From contig OY760142.1 of the NCBI GenBank assembly GCA_963663225.1, positions 1,972,333 to 2,036,332 of the forward strand: a stretch of 64,000 nt of DNA, given 5' to 3'. The notes below the pieces were generated by a model, which searched no databases, was not told where the DNA came from, and was given only the letters and a program-made list of their open reading frames with translations. This document shows, piece after piece, positions 29,686 to 38,705 of this stretch (position 1 is its first letter; every line of letters begins with the position of its first letter). Source of the DNA: Nitrospirota bacterium (GTDB taxonomy: Bacteria > Nitrospirota > UBA9217). Position numbers and translations under genes: made by a program.

Positions 29686-30357
29686 TTACCTGGAGCCGGT
29701 TCTTTTGTCGTCGAATGACAGGGCCTGTTTCGGGCAGGCCACCACGCAGGTTCCGCATTTGATGCAGTCGTTGTCACGAACTACGCCAAACTCCCTGTCT
29801 GATGAGGGCGCAAGCTGCATTGGACAGGTTTTATCGCAAGCCTTGCAGGAAATACAGCTTGCCTGTATTCTGAGCGGCTCCTTTCCATCTGAAAGCCAGT
29901 TTGCAATGGTCCCCATGGGGCATATATGGCACCACGTCCGGGGATGTATGGCGATACCGAGAACAATTCCGACTGTGGTTGTTACCGTGAGAATTATGAC
30001 GAATGCCCTCCCTATGTTGTCAACATGCGGCCAGGCAAAAAAGATTTGCATGCCGAGCACTGAAAAGAGCAGGGCAATGACCGCGATGCGGGCACCGGTT
30101 GAACGGAAAAAGGGCGGTATCGTGCGCTTGCTGCTCAACCGGTCAAGGAAGAGATCGTAAAAACTTCCCCGCGGACACATCCAGTCGCACCATGCCCGCC
30201 CGCGATACGCGGCAATACCGAGTGCCCCCGCCATGCATCCCAGCAGCAGAAATCCTAGTTTGGGATAGAACCAACCGCCGATAACAACGAGGGGCAGGCC
30301 GAACCAGGTGTAATGTTGAAAGTTTTTTCTTTTTTGTCTGAACTCTGCAAGGGTCAT
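29686..30357 (-). CDS. Membrane-bound 4Fe-4S ferredoxin-type protein (NapH/MauN-like)
   Basis: 223 aa; 4 TM helices, CxxC pair (CDWMCP) plus two ferredoxin motifs CISCKACDKTCP and CIKCGTCVVACP. Confidence 0.75.
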   Translation of the reverse strand: MTLAEFRQKRKNFQHYTWFGLPLVVIGGWFYPKLGFLLLGCMAGALGIAAYRGRAWCDWMCPRGSFYDLFLDRLSSKRTIPPFFRSTGARIAVIALLFSVLGMQIFFAWPHVDNIGRAFVIILTVTTTVGIVLGIAIHPRTWCHICPMGTIANWLSDGKEPLRIQASCISCKACDKTCPMQLAPSSDREFGVVRDNDCIKCGTCVVACPKQALSFDDKRTGSR

Positions 30358-30761
30358 TTTTTTCTACTCCGTTGTTTTTTTTGCATGTACGCGAGAAACG
30401 TTTCCATGTCGCATTTTCCCGTTTTTTTCTGAAATTCAGTGCATTCACCAAGAGACTGCAAGTCGTTTTTAAAGACGTCGCTATTCTGAAGTTCCTCGCG
30501 CAGGAGCGCGAGCAATCGCGCCTGCAGGCGGGGAAGTTTTTTCTTGATGCGGTAAAACGTCATTTTCCCCTCTCTGCGGTCATCGAGGAATCCGGCCTTG
30601 TAAAGAAGGGAAAGGTTCCTGGAAACAAGCGGTTGGATCATGCCGAGCGCACCCATGATCTGGCAGACGCAGAGTTCTTTCTGGGAAAGGAGCAGCAGAA
30701 TCCGCATCCGCGACGTATCCGCGAGGAGCTTGAATATATCGGAGGCAAGACGCATTAACAT
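30354..30761 (-). CDS. ArsR-family regulator with ELCVCQI metalloid-binding-type motif
   Basis: wHTH (LLADTSRMRILLLLSQKELCVCQIMGAL) resembles the As(III)-binding C-V-C site of ArsR; overlaps downstream Fe-S gene by 4 bp; start ambiguous (TTG at 30773 or ATG 30761/30755). Confidence 0.8.
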   Translation of the reverse strand: MLMRLASDIFKLLADTSRMRILLLLSQKELCVCQIMGALGMIQPLVSRNLSLLYKAGFLDDRREGKMTFYRIKKKLPRLQARLLALLREELQNSDVFKNDLQSLGECTEFQKKTGKCDMETFLAYMQKKQRSRKK

Positions 30762-30863
30762 ATATATATACAATTATATGAAAAAGTCAAGGGGTTTTCA
30801 GCAAAATAATTTGCTTTTCGCGGCATAATCGCTATAATAATTCCGGAGACTACTCATTTTCCT

Positions 30864-31673
30864 ATGAAAATCGCCGGTATACAAGTCAGCGCCGGTCCCG
30901 ATGTGGACCGAAATATCGAACGCGCGTTGGAAATGGCCGAGGTGGCAATCGAAAAGAACGCCAGGACCATCTGCTACCCCGAGTTGTTTCTAACCGCATG
31001 GTTTCCACGGACGGAAGACCCCTCCTGCATATCCTGGGCGCGTCATGCCGCATGCGAAACCCTGACGCCGTTTCGTGCATTTTCGAAAGAAAAAAACGCT
31101 GTTTTGATCGTTCCTTTTTTTGAATATTCTGAAAACAAGTACTATAACAGCGCGGCAGTTTTTGATTCAGGCGCGCTTCTGGGGACATACCGGAAGCTGC
31201 ATATCCCCAATCTCTCTCTCTACCGGGAGCAGTTCTATTTTTCCCCCGGCGACATGGGGTTCCCGGTTTTTGCAACCTCCCAGGGCAGAATCGGGGTCCA
31301 GCTCTGCTGGGACAACCTGTTTCCCGAAGGCACCCGCATTCTTGCATTGAAGGGCGCTGATTTTATTTTTGCGCCCACCGCTGCGTCGGTAAGCACGCAT
31401 ACCCTGTGGGAACGGGCCATCTGCGCGAATGCTTTTGCCAACAATACGTTCATTTTCCGGGTCAATCGGGTAGGGAAGGAAGAAGGCATCTCCTTTTACG
31501 GCAGAAGCTTCTGCGTGAACCCCTGGGGAGAAATGACCTCGGAGCTCGCCGGCAGCAAAGATGCGATCGTGATTGCGGACATCGACCTTGCGGATCGCGA
31601 CGCGGCGGCCGAGACCTGGGGCTTTCTGAAGAAGCGCCGTCCCCGGGAATACGGCGATCTGGTTCAGGAATAA
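30864..31673 (+). CDS. Carbon-nitrogen hydrolase family protein (nitrilase/amidase superfamily)
   Basis: 269 aa; catalytic E-K-C triad context (ICYPELF, RKLH, LCWD). Confidence 0.85.
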   Translation: MKIAGIQVSAGPDVDRNIERALEMAEVAIEKNARTICYPELFLTAWFPRTEDPSCISWARHAACETLTPFRAFSKEKNAVLIVPFFEYSENKYYNSAAVFDSGALLGTYRKLHIPNLSLYREQFYFSPGDMGFPVFATSQGRIGVQLCWDNLFPEGTRILALKGADFIFAPTAASVSTHTLWERAICANAFANNTFIFRVNRVGKEEGISFYGRSFCVNPWGEMTSELAGSKDAIVIADIDLADRDAAAETWGFLKKRRPREYGDLVQE

Positions 31674-31834
31674 CAAGGTACGACGACCTTCCGGCTTCCC
31701 GCGTGTTTTTTTTCGATGATGGCACCTTTCCTTTCTGTGTTTGATTTTTGCCGAGCGCATTATTTTGCCACAATAAACGCCTTCCTTTTTTTTAGCATCA
31801 CCAGACACGAAATAAAATTCAAGGGAGCTCATTC

Positions 31835-32863
31835 ATGAAGGCAATGGTTTTGAAAAAACTCTCTTCTACTTTTGAAAACAATGGTCCTCTCGAATTTGTC
31901 CATATGCCTGTTCCGTCCCCCCGGAAAAACGAGATTCTGTTAAAAGTTTCAGCCTGCGGGGTATGTCACACCGAGCTGGATGAAATTGAAGGTCGGACTC
32001 CGCCCGCTGTACTGCCGATGATACTCGGCCACCAGATTGTCGGACGCGTCCAGGAATCGGGAGCAGGAGCGCGCAGGTTTAAGAACGGGGAACGGGTGGG
32101 AATTGCCTGGATACATTCAGCCTGTGGAACATGCAAATTCTGCCTCGAAGGACGGGAAAACCTTTGCCGTGATTTTAAGGCCACCGGCAGGGACGCTTGC
32201 GGCGGATATGCAGAGTATACTACCGTTCCGGAGCGCTATGCGTACGCAATACCTGAAGGTTTTTCGGACTCACAAGCCGCACCGCTGCTGTGTGCTGGTG
32301 CAGTAGGGTACCGGTCTTTGAATCTGACAGGAATCCGTGATGGAGAAAAGATCGGGCTGACCGGTTTTGGCGCTTCCGGCCATCTGGTTCTTAAAATGAT
32401 ACAGCATGAATTTTCGAACACCAGCGTGTATGTTTTTTCCCGGACCGAGGCAGAACAGCAATTTGCTAAAGAACTCGGAGCGGTCTGGGCGGGCAGCCCG
32501 GAAGAAGAGACCCCGGAAAAGCTGAAAGCGATCATAGACACGACACCCGCGTGGCGACCGGTTGTTGCGGCGCTGAAGAATCTCGAACCCGGCGGCAGGC
32601 TGGTCATCAATGCAATCCGCAAGGAGGAAACTGACAAAGACGCCCTGCTTGCTCTCAATTACCAGCGCGATCTCTGGATGGAAAAGGAAATCAAAAGCGT
32701 GGCAAATATCACGCGAAAAGACGTAGAAGAATTTTTGAAACTGGCTGCGGCAATTCCAATCAAACCGGAAATTCAGGAGTACCGGCTTGAGGATGCAAAT
32801 ATTGCGTTGCGTGAACTAAAACAACGAAAAATCCGGGGCGCAAAAGTATTGCTCATTGCATAA
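31835..32863 (+). CDS. Zinc-dependent alcohol dehydrogenase family oxidoreductase
   Basis: 342 aa; CGVCHTELDE catalytic Zn, CGTCKFC structural Zn, GxGxxG Rossmann. Confidence 0.88.
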   Translation: MKAMVLKKLSSTFENNGPLEFVHMPVPSPRKNEILLKVSACGVCHTELDEIEGRTPPAVLPMILGHQIVGRVQESGAGARRFKNGERVGIAWIHSACGTCKFCLEGRENLCRDFKATGRDACGGYAEYTTVPERYAYAIPEGFSDSQAAPLLCAGAVGYRSLNLTGIRDGEKIGLTGFGASGHLVLKMIQHEFSNTSVYVFSRTEAEQQFAKELGAVWAGSPEEETPEKLKAIIDTTPAWRPVVAALKNLEPGGRLVINAIRKEETDKDALLALNYQRDLWMEKEIKSVANITRKDVEEFLKLAAAIPIKPEIQEYRLEDANIALRELKQRKIRGAKVLLIA

Positions 32864-32912
32864 GGGGTATTCTACCTGCAGATATGGTCGGTGCACCTGC
32901 TGCTTGATGGTC

Positions 32913-33101
32913 TCAAGGACACTGATTGTTTATAAAACAGTAGGGATCTCTGTCTTCAAAGATATTCAGATTATGGCTGTATGCACTGGCTAAGCACCCT
33001 CCACATACCGGGTGCATAGTGCAGGACCTGCATGCAGCACTGCCTGAACGATACTTTCTGGCCTGTTCAGAATCGTAAATATCGGCAAGAGTCTGTTTCA
33101 A
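32913..33101 (-). pseudogene. SPASM-like Cys-motif ORF (C-x2-C-x5-C-x2-C...C), likely relic of a radical-SAM maturase C-terminus
   Basis: CRSCTMHPVCGGC...DPYCF resembles auxiliary-cluster tails of SPASM enzymes; only a TTG start, no SD; 61 nt downstream of selenoprotein gene. Confidence 0.3.
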
Positions 33102-33162
33102 ATTGACCGGAAACTCTGGTCCCAGCGGACATGTATTGACGCGTCGTGTAATTATTCATACC

Positions 33163-33986
33163 TCAAGGAAGGATCTTGTTGATGTCTTTTTCCGCATAGT
33201 TTTCCCGGCGCCACCGGTACGGTAAATCTATGATGGCGCCCGGATTACGTATCTCGTGCAACGCGCGGAAAGCTTCAGCAAGAATGACGCGATGTTGTGC
33301 AGGCTTGAACGGCTCACCGAGCGGATGTCCGAAAGGCCATCTGACAAAAACGGTTCGCGGAGGCTTGACTGCTTCGGAATATTTACGGACAATCGAGATG
33401 CCTATCGTCGGGATGCCGGCTTTTTCTATCACCCGCTGTATCAGTCCGACGGACTGATTACAAATGCCTCAGGCGGGAGTCAACAGAACAACATCCACGC
33501 TGTCCGCCTTTAGTTTTTGAGCTATTTCAGGTGCGCTCGTCCTTGTCAGAGTCTGGATGTGGCGGCCGGTGATATGACCCATAAAACCATAGTGAGTGTC
33601 TGCTATTCGGCCAATGAGCCCTTCCTGCTCGAATTCTTTCAATCGTTCAAGTGGAAACACGATGTTGATGTCTTTGTCGGCATCAGCGTGGTCATAATAA
33701 TCGTGCGTGATCTTGAGACTGGAAAGGGGTCTCCTTGCATCGAGGGCTCTGTAGGAAGGGTCTCCATCATGGTCTGACATATTGAAAGGTTCCTGGTCAA
33801 TATGCTGTACACCGGACGTCGTTACAATAGCTATTTTTGAACTTTTAAGGCTTTTTATAACGGGAGTCCAGGGGATATCAAGCGAAGTCAATGGATCGTA
33901 AGCGTCTATGAATTTTTTCGCCAGCGATGGGAACCGAGTAATTACTTTTGCGATGAGTTGATTTTTAAGTCTCGCAAAGTCCATGT
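33163..33986 (-). CDS. Selenoprotein B family (GrdB/PrdB-like reductase subunit), UGA-Sec at 33469-33471
   Basis: ORFs 33469..34161 and 33163..33432 are in the same frame separated only by TGA + 12 codons; joined: ...VDVVLLTPA[U]GICNQSVGLIQRMIEKAGIPTIGISIV...RTVFVRWPFGHPLGEP matching GrdB/PrdB region (TUGxC, IERAGIP, IPHPLGNP); start placed at MDFARLKNQ. Confidence 0.8.
33440..33458 (-). other. Bacterial SECIS-like hairpin (8-bp perfect stem, GUC loop) 10 nt 3' of the UGA
   Basis: Minus-strand ATCAGTCC-GUC-GGACTGAT; position and G/U-containing apical loop fit bSECIS. Confidence 0.65.
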
Positions 33987-34087
33987 TTGGACCTCCAATG
34001 GAAAAGGTTTTTAAATCCAAAAATTCCACCAAAATGCCGGATGCTGTGCTGGGCCAATGTTTGCTCTCTGCGCCTGCTCCTGCGAAG

Positions 34088-35095
34088 TTATCTTCGCTCC
34101 GACCGTCCGCCTCCGTGCGGACTGCTGCCCTCTCTTCCTCCGCCCGGGAATCCACCTTCACGGCCTCCGCCGGGAGCCGGAGTAAATGTTTTCCCTTCTC
34201 TGCTCATACCGCCAGACGGACCGCCCTGCCTGCTACTTTCAGGAACAGGGGTGAACGTTTTATCTCTGCCTGTCAATTCACGTTCCCGGAAACCTCGAAA
34301 AACTGCATTGCTGCCTCCACGAGCACCGGTGATGATAAAGCGCTTTGACTTCTGCGGTACGCCTATTCCGCCATACGTTCGTCCATTGAACCTTTTAATC
34401 GGATCTATTCTGAAGACCCTGTTTGCGCGACGATCAACGAAGTGGTTTGAAATGATTTCCACCCGCCCGTGTACATGGACGACTCTGTGAAAATCAACCA
34501 GAATAAAATATCCGGGAAACCAGAAATCCCACCACCAGAAAGGATAGGGAATCCACGTATAAAGATAGAAATAATCCGGCGGCGGAGCGTAGTAGGTTAC
34601 TATTGGCGGGCCCTGTTCAGCATAGTAGTTATTCACCACGGTAGTTCCTTCAGAATTGTCATAGTGCGGGCTTGTCTGAGCAGTTTGCCCAGGAGGCGTT
34701 CCTTGTTTTACTGCAAGGCTTAGTCCTGTTGTAACTTTCTGGAATCCCCGCAATGCCTCGTCTTTTCCGATATCCAGCCGATTTGCATCTGCAGCGTCTA
34801 CAACAGATTGCCTCAACTCTCCGATGATGTCGGGTGTAACCGGGTAATCTGCAATCCATCCGTTTCTGGGGGCAATGCCTACGTCTGCCAGCCTGTTTTC
34901 GGCTTCGGTTTCATTTGCCGCTGTTGGGAGATTAAGCGCTTCAACCAGCTTGAGTGCAAGATCTCCTTCACGCACCAGGGGTTGGGCTATCGGAGGTTTT
35001 ATCTCAGCAGGCTGCATCGGCTGGGCATATGTTCCTGCGGGTATTAAACACAAAACAGCAAAAGTTATGAGTAAACGTTCAAACGACTTTTTCAT
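34088..35095 (-). CDS. Secreted hypothetical protein with aromatic cluster and Gly/Arg-rich repeat tail
   Basis: Start MKKSFERLLITFAVLCLIPAGTYAQP (signal peptide, SD GGAGGTG); PYPFWWWDFWFPGYF; C-terminal repeats DKTFTPVPESSRQGG / GKTFTPAPGGGREGG. Confidence 0.65.
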   Translation of the reverse strand: MKKSFERLLITFAVLCLIPAGTYAQPMQPAEIKPPIAQPLVREGDLALKLVEALNLPTAANETEAENRLADVGIAPRNGWIADYPVTPDIIGELRQSVVDAADANRLDIGKDEALRGFQKVTTGLSLAVKQGTPPGQTAQTSPHYDNSEGTTVVNNYYAEQGPPIVTYYAPPPDYFYLYTWIPYPFWWWDFWFPGYFILVDFHRVVHVHGRVEIISNHFVDRRANRVFRIDPIKRFNGRTYGGIGVPQKSKRFIITGARGGSNAVFRGFRERELTGRDKTFTPVPESSRQGGPSGGMSREGKTFTPAPGGGREGGFPGGGREGSSPHGGGRSERR

Positions 35096-35431
35096 GTGCC
35101 ACCTCGGAGTCGAATTATTTGAATCTTTGGTATCATAAGGCATTTTTCTGTGTTTATGAGCCTGTTATTTTTATAGCACTTGCCGCAAATCCTGTCAATT
35201 TGCTCACGATAAAATAATAATTATGAAATTAATATATCGAAAAAGCGGCATGACAAGGAAGTAACGAAATAGATAAGCAGACATCAACGGTTTGTTCTGA
35301 ATGCAGATGGCGATATCGTTAAGTGGATTAATATTTGTCTACTTCTTTAAAGCAGAATATTCCAGGATGATGTATATTATTATAAGCATAAAAATGTTTA
35401 AAAATATTATTTATGCATGCCGAAAAAGGGC

Positions 35432-35460
35432 TTGACAGGGTTGTCATTTTATCATAGTAT
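35432..35460 (+). promoter_or_regulatory. Sigma70-type promoter for liv-like operon (TTGACA-17-TAGTAT)
   Basis: Canonical -35/-10 with 17-nt spacer; -35 overlaps inverted repeat TGACAgggtTGTCA. Confidence 0.5.
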
Positions 35461-35533
35461 TTTACCGCAACAGATAAGATATCTTATGACAGATTTATTG
35501 TGTTTAAAAATAGAGAGAAGGAGGAAAGTTGAG

Positions 35534-36808
35534 ATGGCACAAAAGGGTTTTATAAAAGTATTCTTGAGTGTTGTATCACTGGTGCTGCTTCTTGGTTTCT
35601 CGGTGTCTGCACAGGCACAGCAGAAAGTCATCAAAATTGGTGCTGTTTATCCTTTAACCGGCAATATTGCCTCAACAGGTCTGGACAATAAGAGGGGTGT
35701 TGATCTAGCAGTAGATATCATTAATGGCAAGTATGATCTTGACCTCCCCCTGGCAAAAAGCGAAGGTCTACCGAATCTTGGCGGTGCAAAGATCGAAATT
35801 GTTTATGCCGACACCAAGGGCGACCCCAAAAACGGCATGTCTGAGACCGAACGTCTTATTACCCAGGAAAAGGTTGTCGGTATAATCGGCGCTTACCAGA
35901 GTTCCGTGACAAAGACAGCCAGCCAGGTAACAGAAAGGCTGAAGATTCCGTATGTTTGCTCGGATTCCTCTTCTCCTACCTTGACGGAAAGAGGGTTTAA
36001 GTATTTCTTCAGGGTAAGCCCTCATGATGCGATTTTTGCTCATGACCAATTCCAATTCCTGAAAGACCTCGAAAAGAAAACCGGACAAAAAGTTAAAACC
36101 ATTGCCCTGCTTTATGAGAACACAGAGTTCGGCGCCAATGTGGGCAAGGCCGAGAAAAAGTATGCTGAGCAGTATGGATACAAGGTCGTTGCCGACGTGA
36201 CCTATGCTGCGAACGCGACTGACGTGACGAGCGAGGTCGGCAGACTGATGAGCAGCAACCCGGACGTTTTACTGCATGCTTCCTATATTACCGATGCCAT
36301 TCTGTTTACCAAGACCTTTAAGGAAAGAGGGTTCCAACCGAAAGGCATCCTGACGATGGCGGGTTATATCGAACCGGGTTATCTTCCGGCAATCAAGGCA
36401 GACGGGAATAATATTATGGTAAGATCCACCTTCGCCCTTGATCTTGCAAAAAAGAAGAAACTTGTTGCCCAGGTCAACCAATTGTTTAAAAAGAAATACG
36501 GCATAGATATGAGCGAAAATGCTGCCAGAAGCTTCATGGCACCCTTTGTCCTTGCAGAAGCCATCAACCGGGCTAAGACAACGGAAGCAGAAGCCGTGGT
36601 AAATGCGCTCCTTGCGACCAATATCCCCGGCAAGCAGATCATCTATCCCTGGAAGGGAATAAAATTTGACCCCCAGTCACACCAGAATATTTACGCACAG
36701 GGAACACTGGTGCAGATTCTGAATCAGGAATATGTGACGGTATGGCCGTTTGATGCGGCGGCCAAGCAAGTTGTATGGCCTTTCCCGGCATGGAAAGGCA
36801 GAAAGTAG
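35534..36808 (+). CDS. ABC transporter substrate-binding protein, branched-chain amino acid (LivK/LivJ) family
   Basis: Start after SD AGGAGGA; signal peptide; type-I periplasmic binding fold. Confidence 0.85.
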   Translation: MAQKGFIKVFLSVVSLVLLLGFSVSAQAQQKVIKIGAVYPLTGNIASTGLDNKRGVDLAVDIINGKYDLDLPLAKSEGLPNLGGAKIEIVYADTKGDPKNGMSETERLITQEKVVGIIGAYQSSVTKTASQVTERLKIPYVCSDSSSPTLTERGFKYFFRVSPHDAIFAHDQFQFLKDLEKKTGQKVKTIALLYENTEFGANVGKAEKKYAEQYGYKVVADVTYAANATDVTSEVGRLMSSNPDVLLHASYITDAILFTKTFKERGFQPKGILTMAGYIEPGYLPAIKADGNNIMVRSTFALDLAKKKKLVAQVNQLFKKKYGIDMSENAARSFMAPFVLAEAINRAKTTEAEAVVNALLATNIPGKQIIYPWKGIKFDPQSHQNIYAQGTLVQILNQEYVTVWPFDAAAKQVVWPFPAWKGRK

Positions 36809-36875
36809 AATGTTCCTTGTGGTCGGCAGCAGGACGGATATCCTCCTGCTGCCGGACCGCAGATGAGGTTGATAT

Positions 36876-37736
36876 ATGTCTAATGAATTATTGCAGCAAC
36901 TTATAAACGGTTTACTGATCGGATTCATGTATGCGCTGATAGCCATCGGGCTGACTCTTGTCTGGGGCGTCATGAATATCGTGAATTTTGCCCATGGCGA
37001 CTTCCTTATGGTCGGGATGTTCTCCTCTTTCTGGCTCTTTACTTTGTATGCAATCGATCCCATTTTTTCTATTCCGATATGTTTTCTGCTCATGTTTTTG
37101 CTTGGGGTAGGCATTTATCGATTTATTGTGAGCAAAGTAATGAAAGGCCCCATGCTGGCGCAGGTGGTTGTCACCTTCGGAGTGAGTATTTTTGTCGCGA
37201 ATCTGGCTGTTTATTTCTGGACCCCGGATTTCCGGCTTCTGCCCGCGACGATTCTTCAGGGAACATGGACTCTCGGGGATATCGACTTCAGTGTTCCGAA
37301 AACCGTTTCCGCCATCGGGAGCATCGTTACTTCTTTCTGCGTTTATCTTTTTTTGAAGAAGACGAAAATGGGAAAGGCAATTCTGGCAACGGAAATGGAC
37401 CGCGAGGCGGCTTTGCTCATGGGAATCAACACGGAACGTATTAACTCGATTTCCTTCGGACTCGGGTTGGCGCTCGTGGGTGTTGCCGGTGCGTTTCTTT
37501 CCACATATTATTACATCTACCCGCAGGTGGGAGGGCAGTTCGGAACTCTCGCGTTTTGCATCGTTGCACTGGGCGGTTTCGGCAGTATCGGGGGGGCATT
37601 CATTGCCGGGATACTGGTAGGTCTGGTTCAGACGCTGGGAGGGTTCTTTTTCGATCCAGCGTACAAATACGCTATTGTGTTTATGATCTATCTTATTACA
37701 ATGTGGATAAGACCGCAAGGTCTTATGGGGTGGTAA
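36876..37736 (+). CDS. livH: Branched-chain amino acid ABC transporter permease (LivH-like)
   Basis: 286 aa, multi-TM, LivH family motifs. Confidence 0.85.
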   Translation: MSNELLQQLINGLLIGFMYALIAIGLTLVWGVMNIVNFAHGDFLMVGMFSSFWLFTLYAIDPIFSIPICFLLMFLLGVGIYRFIVSKVMKGPMLAQVVVTFGVSIFVANLAVYFWTPDFRLLPATILQGTWTLGDIDFSVPKTVSAIGSIVTSFCVYLFLKKTKMGKAILATEMDREAALLMGINTERINSISFGLGLALVGVAGAFLSTYYYIYPQVGGQFGTLAFCIVALGGFGSIGGAFIAGILVGLVQTLGGFFFDPAYKYAIVFMIYLITMWIRPQGLMGW

Positions 37737-37739
37737 CGT

Positions 37740-38705
37740 ATGTTTCGTTTAACAGCTCGACAGATTGTGCCAGGAGTCATTATTCTCCTATTACTGCTAG
37801 CCTTTCCGCTGGTTGTCCAGGCGACATTTCCGATACATGTCATGATCCTCGTGTTCCTGTTCGGCATGCTCGGAATCGGCTGGAATATCATGGGCGGCTA
37901 TGCAGGGATGTTTTCATTCGGGCAGGCGGCTTTTTTTGGAATAGGAGCCTATACTTCGTCCTTCCTCTCAATGACCTTCGGGGTTAATCCCTGGATAGGG
38001 CTCGTAGTCGGCGGAGTGGTTGCTGCACTGGTTGCTGCGGCAATCGGATATCCCTGCTCCAACCTTCGCGGCCACTATTTTGCTATCGCGACTATTGCCT
38101 TTGCTGAAATTGTAAGGGTTGTATTCAATAACTGGAAACTGGTAGGCGCCGCAGAAGGGCTATCCCTGCCTATGGTGGATGAGTCTCTTACCAACTTTAT
38201 GTTCCACACTTCGAAGCTTCCTTACTATTATATTGCACTGGCTTTTCTCATTATCTCACTGATCGTTTGCTATTTTGTCGCCACCTCAAAAATGGGCTAC
38301 TATTTCCGGGCTATCAAGGAAAGCCATGATGTCGCGGAGGTCCTGGGTGTGGATGTCGTCCGCTACCGGTTGATCGCTATCATGATAAGCGCATTTCTGA
38401 GTGCGGTAGCGGGAACGTTTTACGCACAATACATACTTTACATCGATCCCGAGAGCGTCATGCTTATGGCAATATCGGTGCAGATCGTTTTGATTACCAT
38501 GCTCGGCGGCGCGGGCAGCATTATGGGGCCGGTGATTGGCGCGGCTGTCTTGATCCCCATCGCAGAATATACGCGTACCATGCTCGGCCATAAAGGGACC
38601 GGCGTGGATATGCTGATATACGGTTTTCTCATCATGCTCATTTCGATGTACCAACCCGCGGGAGTCTGGGGTTTTCTTTCTAGGATAGGCAGGAAAACAA
38701 AATGA
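37740..38705 (+). CDS. livM: Branched-chain amino acid ABC transporter permease (LivM-like)
   Basis: 321 aa multi-TM; adjacent to livH. Confidence 0.85.
   Translation: MFRLTARQIVPGVIILLLLLAFPLVVQATFPIHVMILVFLFGMLGIGWNIMGGYAGMFSFGQAAFFGIGAYTSSFLSMTFGVNPWIGLVVGGVVAALVAAAIGYPCSNLRGHYFAIATIAFAEIVRVVFNNWKLVGAAEGLSLPMVDESLTNFMFHTSKLPYYYIALAFLIISLIVCYFVATSKMGYYFRAIKESHDVAEVLGVDVVRYRLIAIMISAFLSAVAGTFYAQYILYIDPESVMLMAISVQIVLITMLGGAGSIMGPVIGAAVLIPIAEYTRTMLGHKGTGVDMLIYGFLIMLISMYQPAGVWGFLSRIGRKTK

Noticed and set aside
32913-33101. Calling the 62-aa Cys-rich ORF a bona fide standalone gene
   Set aside because: Its only start is TTG with no SD. The motif looks like a detached SPASM tail, so it is reported as a probable relic or pseudogene rather than a CDS.
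33163-34161. Treating 33469..34161 and 33163..33432 as two independent genes
   Set aside because: They share one frame. They are separated only by TGA + 12 codons. The joined product matches one selenoprotein-B family protein across the junction, and a SECIS-like hairpin follows the TGA.
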